Part shown: in pieces, positions 59,160-64,000 of the stretch
Layout of the letters: each line of letters begins with the position of its first letter
Numbering within the stretch: the stretch's first letter is position 1
Origin: Bacteroidota bacterium
GTDB lineage: Bacteria > Bacteroidota > Bacteroidia > UBA7662 > CANHCV01
Direction: 5' to 3'
DNA: 64,000 bases
Assembly (NCBI GenBank): GCA_947501265.1
Contig: CANMVY010000003.1
Location: 204,676 to 268,675 of the forward strand
Position numbers and translations under genes: made by a program
The notes under the pieces: model-generated
Told to the model about the DNA's origin: nothing
The model's input: the letters and a program-made list of their open reading frames with translations, nothing else
Databases searched by the model: none

Positions 59160-61208
59160 ATGGATCGTTCAATTTTAGAAAAGGCTTGGCGTTTGATGTG
59201 CACTGCACGTGCTATGGCCGATTTGTATGATGAAAATAGGGATATTGCCAAATACGTACATTCTACGTCCAAAGGACACGAAGCCATTCAATTGGCAACA
59301 GCATTTCACCTGAATCCGGTTGATTTCGTTAGTTTGTACTACCGCGATGAATCGGTTTTGCTGGGTCTTGGCCTTTCGCCCTACGAATTGATGTTACAAC
59401 TCTTGGCCAAGAACGACGATCCATTCTCTGGAGGAAGAACGTATTATGGACACCCTTCTTTAAAAAGAGATGGTTTTCCTACCATTCCCCACCAATCTTC
59501 GGCAACGGGAATGCAAGCCATTCCTGCTACGGGCATGGCCCAAGGTATTCAATACATGGAAAGGCAGGGGTTGATGCACCATGAAATTGCTCCAATTGCA
59601 CTTTGCTCCTTGGGCGACGGTAGCGTTACCGAAGGGGAAGTGTCTGAAGCTTTTCAAATGGCTGTTTTGCACCAAATGCCCATTGTTTATTTAATTCAAG
59701 ATAACGATTGGGGCATCTCTGCAACGGGCAAAGAGATGAGAGCGATGGACGCTTTCGAATATGCTTCGGGATTCAAAGGAATGAAGCGGATGCGTATCAA
59801 TGGAAGCAGTTTCTCTGAAAGTTACGATGGGATGAAAACCGCCATTGAATTTGTTCGAGAGAAACGTAAGCCCATTTTAGTACATGCCGCAGTGCCCTTG
59901 TTGGGGCATCACACTTCTGGTGTAAGGAAAGAATGGTACCGAAGTGAAGATGATCTGGCTTCACATACCACCAAAGATCCATTCCCTGTATTGAAAAAAG
60001 AATGTTTGGCAGCCGGAATGACCATCGATACGCTGGAGGCCATTCAAATTGAATCTGAAATTCGGGTGAAAGCCGACTGGAACAAAGCTGTTGCTGCACC
60101 TAATCCGCCATTAGAATCTGTTCTAGAAAACGAATTCGCGCCAACGCCCATTACAACAGAAGTAGGGGAGCGCTCCCCGGAGGGAAGAACTCCCGTGGTG
60201 ATGGTGGATGCGGCCCTTCATGCGTGTGAAGAGATTTTAGCCAAACATCCCGAGGCCTTGTTATACGGACAAGACGTTGGGCGCACCTTGGGTGGTGTTT
60301 TTCGAGAAGCAGCTACTTTGGCAGAAAAGTTCGGCGATGATCGAGTTTTCAATACGCCCATTCAAGAAGCGTATTTGGTGGGATCAACGGCAGGGATGGC
60401 AGCCGTTGGTACAAAACCCATGGTGGAAATTCAATTTGCTGATTACATTTGGTCGGGGGTGAATCAATTGGTGGTGGAACTGTCTAAGAGTTGCTATTTA
60501 ACTCGTGGTAAATTCCCCATTTCCAGTGTTATTCGTGTTCCTTGTGGTGCCTACGGCAGCGGAGGCCCATACCACAGTGGTTGTATTGAAAGTGCTATTT
60601 TAAGCGTTCGAGGGATAAAAGTAGTTTACCCATCGAATGCGGCAGATATGAAAGGATTGTTGAAAGCTGCTTATTACGACCCCAATCCGGTGGTTGTTTT
60701 TGAACACAAAGGGTTGTATTGGAGCAAAGTGCCTGGAACAGCCGGCGCAAAAACCGTTGAGCCAGACGAGCATTATGTGGTGCCAATTGGAAAAGGACGA
60801 GTTCATTTGAATTGCAGTTCAGATGCTTTAGAAGATGGCGATTCTTGTGCTGTGATTACCTATGGCATGGGAGTTTATTGGGCTGAAGCAGCCGCCAAGA
60901 AGTTTCCGGGCAGAGTAGAGGTGATTGATTTGAGAAGTTTGTATCCGTGCGACGAGAAATTGGTGATGGAGACAGTCAAAAAGCACGGGAAAGTGTTGGT
61001 TCTCACCGAGGAACAGCGCTTGAATTCCTTTGCAGAAGCTTTGGCTGGCCGAATCAATGAGCAGTGTTTCCGATACCTCGATCAGCCGGTGCGCGTCTTT
61101 GGAGCTTTGAATTTACCTGCGATTCCGCTGAACGAATTTTTAGAAAAAGAAATGTTGCCCTCAGCGGAAAAGGTGGAAAAAGAACTGCAGATTTTATTGG
61201 AGTCCTAA
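59160..61208 (+). CDS. Alpha-ketoacid dehydrogenase E1 component, fused alpha/beta subunits (TPP-dependent)
   Basis: Start at MDRSILEKAWRL. TPP-binding GDGS...N motif in the alpha part. Transketolase-like beta part. About 680 aa, as in the Bacteroidota fusion form. Confidence 0.8.
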   Translation: MDRSILEKAWRLMCTARAMADLYDENRDIAKYVHSTSKGHEAIQLATAFHLNPVDFVSLYYRDESVLLGLGLSPYELMLQLLAKNDDPFSGGRTYYGHPSLKRDGFPTIPHQSSATGMQAIPATGMAQGIQYMERQGLMHHEIAPIALCSLGDGSVTEGEVSEAFQMAVLHQMPIVYLIQDNDWGISATGKEMRAMDAFEYASGFKGMKRMRINGSSFSESYDGMKTAIEFVREKRKPILVHAAVPLLGHHTSGVRKEWYRSEDDLASHTTKDPFPVLKKECLAAGMTIDTLEAIQIESEIRVKADWNKAVAAPNPPLESVLENEFAPTPITTEVGERSPEGRTPVVMVDAALHACEEILAKHPEALLYGQDVGRTLGGVFREAATLAEKFGDDRVFNTPIQEAYLVGSTAGMAAVGTKPMVEIQFADYIWSGVNQLVVELSKSCYLTRGKFPISSVIRVPCGAYGSGGPYHSGCIESAILSVRGIKVVYPSNAADMKGLLKAAYYDPNPVVVFEHKGLYWSKVPGTAGAKTVEPDEHYVVPIGKGRVHLNCSSDALEDGDSCAVITYGMGVYWAEAAAKKFPGRVEVIDLRSLYPCDEKLVMETVKKHGKVLVLTEEQRLNSFAEALAGRINEQCFRYLDQPVRVFGALNLPAIPLNEFLEKEMLPSAEKVEKELQILLES

Positions 61209-61251
61209 AGCTGATTTTTATCATAACTTTTCCATCTTTTATACCTTTCCT

Positions 61252-62163
61252 TTGAAGAAAAAAAAGATGAAAAAGTTTATTTTCTTGGTTCTATTGTTGA
61301 ATTTGGTTGTTGGGTTAGAGGCCCAGAATGTTGATTCTAGTCAAATCGTTTCGGTATTGCAAACGGATGGGACTAAATGGATCGGCCAAATTCTTTCCAG
61401 TAATTCTCGCGAAATTCTATTTAAAACCCAGGAGGGGAGGGAGCTGTATATTCCTCAATTTGTGATTTCAAAAATTGACCTGGTCAAATTATCGGAGTTC
61501 AGTGAAAGTGGAAATTACATAGGGGAAGAGAAGTTTTGTACGAGGTATTTTTTAACCACCAATGGATTGCCTTTGAAAAAGAAAACAGGGTACATTCAGT
61601 GGAATTTATTCGGTCCTGACATTCAATTTAGTGTAACGGATAAGTTGGGAGTAGGATTAATGACGAGTTGGGTGGGAATTCCGATGATTGCTACCATCAA
61701 GTATTCCACCGAAATTTCAGATAACCTTCACATTGCCTTAGGAGGATTGATTGGCACGGGCACTTGGGCTGCTCCCGATTATGGAGGTATCCTTCCTTTT
61801 GCGGCGATTACGCTTGGCAATGAGAAGCGTAACATTAACTTTAGCAGCGGTTACGGTGCTATTTGGACCGAGGGAGAGCGCGATGGCAGGACGTTGGTTT
61901 CTTTGGCTGGAATGTCGAAAATCGGCAAAAAGGTATCTTTGGTTTTTGATTCGTTCATTATTTTGCCGAAATCTGCAACGGAATTGGATCCGTTTGGAAA
62001 TCCGATAGCTACCACCAAAAATGGTTTGGCCATCATTACTCCGGGATTACGATTCCATCAATCGGAGACGTCTGCCTTCCAATTTGGATTTACCGGCATG
62101 TATGCGAACAGCGAATGGCTTCCAATACCCATTCCCATGGTTCAGTGGTACAGAGCGTTTTAA
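61252..62163 (+). CDS. Hypothetical secreted protein (possible outer-membrane beta-barrel)
   Basis: Signal peptide MKKFIFLVLLLNLVVGLEAQ. Alternating amphipathic beta-strand pattern. C-terminal aromatic ...YRAF. Confidence 0.4.
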   Translation: MKKKKMKKFIFLVLLLNLVVGLEAQNVDSSQIVSVLQTDGTKWIGQILSSNSREILFKTQEGRELYIPQFVISKIDLVKLSEFSESGNYIGEEKFCTRYFLTTNGLPLKKKTGYIQWNLFGPDIQFSVTDKLGVGLMTSWVGIPMIATIKYSTEISDNLHIALGGLIGTGTWAAPDYGGILPFAAITLGNEKRNINFSSGYGAIWTEGERDGRTLVSLAGMSKIGKKVSLVFDSFIILPKSATELDPFGNPIATTKNGLAIITPGLRFHQSETSAFQFGFTGMYANSEWLPIPIPMVQWYRAF

Positions 62164-62192
62164 ACCCATGGAATTATCGCAAGAATCAAGTT

Positions 62193-62212
62193 GTGGGCTA
62201 AATGTGGGCTAG
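62193..62212. repeat. Tandem TGTGGGCTA(A/G)A repeats (2 copies)
   Basis: TGTGGGCTAAATGTGGGCTA. The same 11-mer occurs three times at 62397-62429. Confidence 0.7.
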
Positions 62213-62213
62213 A

Positions 62214-62254
62214 ATTAAAAAGAAGAAGCCTCACGATGTGAGGCTTCTTCTTTT
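62214..62254 (-). terminator. Rho-independent terminator following the tRNA 3' fragment (minus strand)
   Basis: AGAAGAAGCCTCAC-GATG-GTGAGGCTTCTTCT hairpin with a T-run on the minus strand. Confidence 0.65.
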
Positions 62255-62282
62255 TGGTGATCCCGCTGGGACCCGAACCCAT
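62255..62282 (-). other. Displaced tRNA 3'-end fragment (T-arm, acceptor 3' strand, ACCA): likely attachment-site remnant of an integrated element
   Basis: Minus strand reads ATGGGTTCGGGTCCCAGCGGGATCACCA. Upstream sequence lacks D and anticodon arms and the matching 5' acceptor strand GATCCCG. Confidence 0.55.
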
Positions 62283-62396
62283 TATTTACTATTCATCCTT
62301 ATTCATCCTTATTTTATTCTAAATGACTTTAAATCAGCAAATTAATTGTTATTAAAAATGATCAAAGATGAATGGTGTTGATAAATAATAAGGAGA

Positions 62397-62429
62397 TGTG
62401 GGCTAAATGTGGGCTAAATGTGGGCTAAA
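62397..62429. repeat. Tandem TGTGGGCTAAA repeats (3 copies) directly upstream of the integrase gene
   Basis: Three perfect 11-bp units. Candidate integrase/Xis arm-type binding sites. Confidence 0.7.
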
Positions 62430-62459
62430 ATTTTTTAAGTTTGTACCAAGTTAATCACT

Positions 62460-63722
62460 ATGGCAACGGTAAAATTTATCATTCAAGCAAACTCAAATAA
62501 TTCCAGGGTTTACCTAAGGTTCCGTGATGGAAGAGGGGTAGATATTAAGTTAAAAACCGATTATATCATCTCTGTAAATCAATGGGATCTTCAGAGAGGA
62601 TTCCCTAAAAGAGCTGGAGATGAAATAGCAAAGTTTATCAATGCAGAATTAAAAACACTCGAAGCAACGATTTATGAAAGATATAATCGAACGGATAGAT
62701 CGGTTGTAATTGATACAAATTGGTTAAAAGAAATTGTCAATACAGGTCAAAGTGTTAATCATGTCGTCAAAAAGAAAGATTCTGCGTTGTTTTCTAGCCA
62801 AGTCGATAAGTATGTATTAGCCAAAAGGAAATTGGTTAAAGCATCTGCTATAAGAAAATATAAACGAACCAATGAAATCGTTCAAGAAATTGGAAAATTA
62901 TTGCAAAAAAAAATCAAAGTAAAGGATATTGATTGGGATTTTAAGGCACAATTTGATGATTATTGTAACGTTCAAGCGTACAGTCCTTCCTATATTCGTA
63001 AAGTGTTCAAGAATATCAAAACAATTGCTGAGTTTGCTTTTATCCAAGATGGAGTAGAGATTCATCCAATGCTAAGGGGGAGGGTGCCTTATTCAGAAAG
63101 TGAAAACAAGGCGATTTTTCTTTCATTTGAAGAGATTGAGAGAATTGAAAACTTTGATTTTGAAAATGAAAGGTTAAATAATGTCCGAGATTGGTTAATC
63201 ATTAGCTGTGGAACAGGTGCGAGGATCTCGGATTTTATGAATTTTTCACCTCAAATGATTGAAAAGTATATTTCAAACGGAAAAGTGGTAAGGGATATCA
63301 AGTATCGCCAAGTGAAAACAAATCAACAAATATTGAGTGGAATTTATGAAAATACTCCAATGTATAGAACTTTAAAACGTTTGGGTTGGACGTTCCCTCC
63401 CAAGATATCAAGTCAGAAATATAATGATTATCTTAAAGAGATTGGTAAATTAGCCGGATTGGATGACGTAGTTGAAGGGGATAAAATAGATCCGAATACC
63501 AAACGAAAGGTAAGGGGACGTTTTAAAAAGTTTGAGTTATTAACCTCCCATATTGGAAGACGAAGTTTTGCAACCAACTATTATGGGAAAATCCCAACCT
63601 CAGATTTAATGGTATTAACTGGGCATAAAAGTGAAGGAATGCTTTTGAAATATATCCGAAAAAGCGGAGAAGAGAAAAATGTTGAAGCGGTCAATAAAGT
63701 AAGAAAATGGTTACATTCATAA
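62460..63722 (+). CDS. Site-specific tyrosine integrase (Bacteroidota CTn/ICE-type with N-terminal arm-binding domain)
   Basis: N-terminal MATVKFIIQANSNNSRVYLRFRDG, typical of Bacteroidota integrase arm-binding domains. C-terminal catalytic region with HIGRRSFAT and LTGHKSEGMLLKY (R..H..R..Y). Confidence 0.85.
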   Translation: MATVKFIIQANSNNSRVYLRFRDGRGVDIKLKTDYIISVNQWDLQRGFPKRAGDEIAKFINAELKTLEATIYERYNRTDRSVVIDTNWLKEIVNTGQSVNHVVKKKDSALFSSQVDKYVLAKRKLVKASAIRKYKRTNEIVQEIGKLLQKKIKVKDIDWDFKAQFDDYCNVQAYSPSYIRKVFKNIKTIAEFAFIQDGVEIHPMLRGRVPYSESENKAIFLSFEEIERIENFDFENERLNNVRDWLIISCGTGARISDFMNFSPQMIEKYISNGKVVRDIKYRQVKTNQQILSGIYENTPMYRTLKRLGWTFPPKISSQKYNDYLKEIGKLAGLDDVVEGDKIDPNTKRKVRGRFKKFELLTSHIGRRSFATNYYGKIPTSDLMVLTGHKSEGMLLKYIRKSGEEKNVEAVNKVRKWLHS

Positions 63723-64000
63723 ACTGGCTTAATGGGGAAGTAGAAATTTCTGGGTCTGACTTAAATTTCCACGTAACGAATATTCCTAATTTTGTTTCTA
63801 TTAGCGATTTTTCTGAAGATGACCAAGTTCAGATAGTAAATCACCTAAAAGAGTTGTTTGAAAGATATGTAGATGAGTCTTTTTGCCAATTTAAAACTAA
63901 TTGTGAAGCTCAACTTGAAAATTCTCAAGAAAAGAAAGCATTAATCACGAAGAATATTCAGCAAATTACCGAGATTCTAAATGGGGACATCCATTTTACA
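63707..64000 (+). CDS. Hypothetical protein, 3' end outside window (first cargo gene of the putative element)
   Basis: ORF open to the window end (MVTFINWLNGEVEISGSDLNF...). Overlaps the integrase stop by 16 nt. Not in the ORF track because it is truncated. Confidence 0.3.
   Translation, partial: MVTFINWLNGEVEISGSDLNFHVTNIPNFVSISDFSEDDQVQIVNHLKELFERYVDESFCQFKTNCEAQLENSQEKKALITKNIQQITEILNGDIHFT

Noticed and set aside
62397-62429. Possible CRISPR array (TGTGGGCTAAA repeats)
   Set aside because: Only 3 (and 2) units of 11 bp, perfectly tandem with no spacers and no cas genes. Tandem arm-type or iteron-like repeats are more likely.

Overview
This 64-kb window looks like chromosomal DNA from a gliding Bacteroidota (Flavobacteriia/Cytophagia-like) organism. 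The evidence is gldD/gldE, T9SS type-A and type-B C-terminal sorting domains, TAnnTTTG-type -7 promoter boxes and about 40% GC. Most of it is densely packed housekeeping genes: tRNA-His, a cyclophilin PPIase, xth, a hybrid two-component phosphorelay kinase, feoAB, panCD, glmS, pyrR/pyrB, rpsA, gdh, ccmBCD, lplA-like, ltaE, rpsT, radC, mutS2, yggS, ssb, mutY, HU, RNase E/G and an alpha-ketoacid dehydrogenase E1 fusion. No single large novel gene system is evident. The points worth a second look are these. (1) A clear cobalamin riboswitch on the minus strand controls a BtuB-like TonB-dependent receptor and a YncE-like beta-propeller lipoprotein. (2) A clear TPP riboswitch controls a second TonB-dependent receptor. 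(3) A ~516-bp gene-free, highly structured insert (hairpins, imperfect terminal inverted repeats, tandem 22-mers, an 18-bp palindrome also found downstream of rpsT) lies between the riboswitch-controlled receptor and gldD, flanked by 31-bp direct repeats that duplicate the 3' end of gldD. (4) At the right edge there is a tyrosine integrase next to a displaced tRNA 3' fragment with its own terminator and TGTGGGCTAAA tandem repeats, i.e. one end of an integrated element that runs out of the window. (5) An unlisted 30-codon, lysine/arginine-rich ORF resembles a bS22-like ribosomal protein. (6) A TPR/TM protein ends in a histidine-kinase H-box but has no ATPase domain. (7) A 1.7-kb-protein C25 (gingipain-like) cysteine peptidase with a T9SS C-terminal domain sits next to the hybrid kinase. 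Coordinates may be off by ±1 in places, and all family assignments are by eye from motifs, not database searches.
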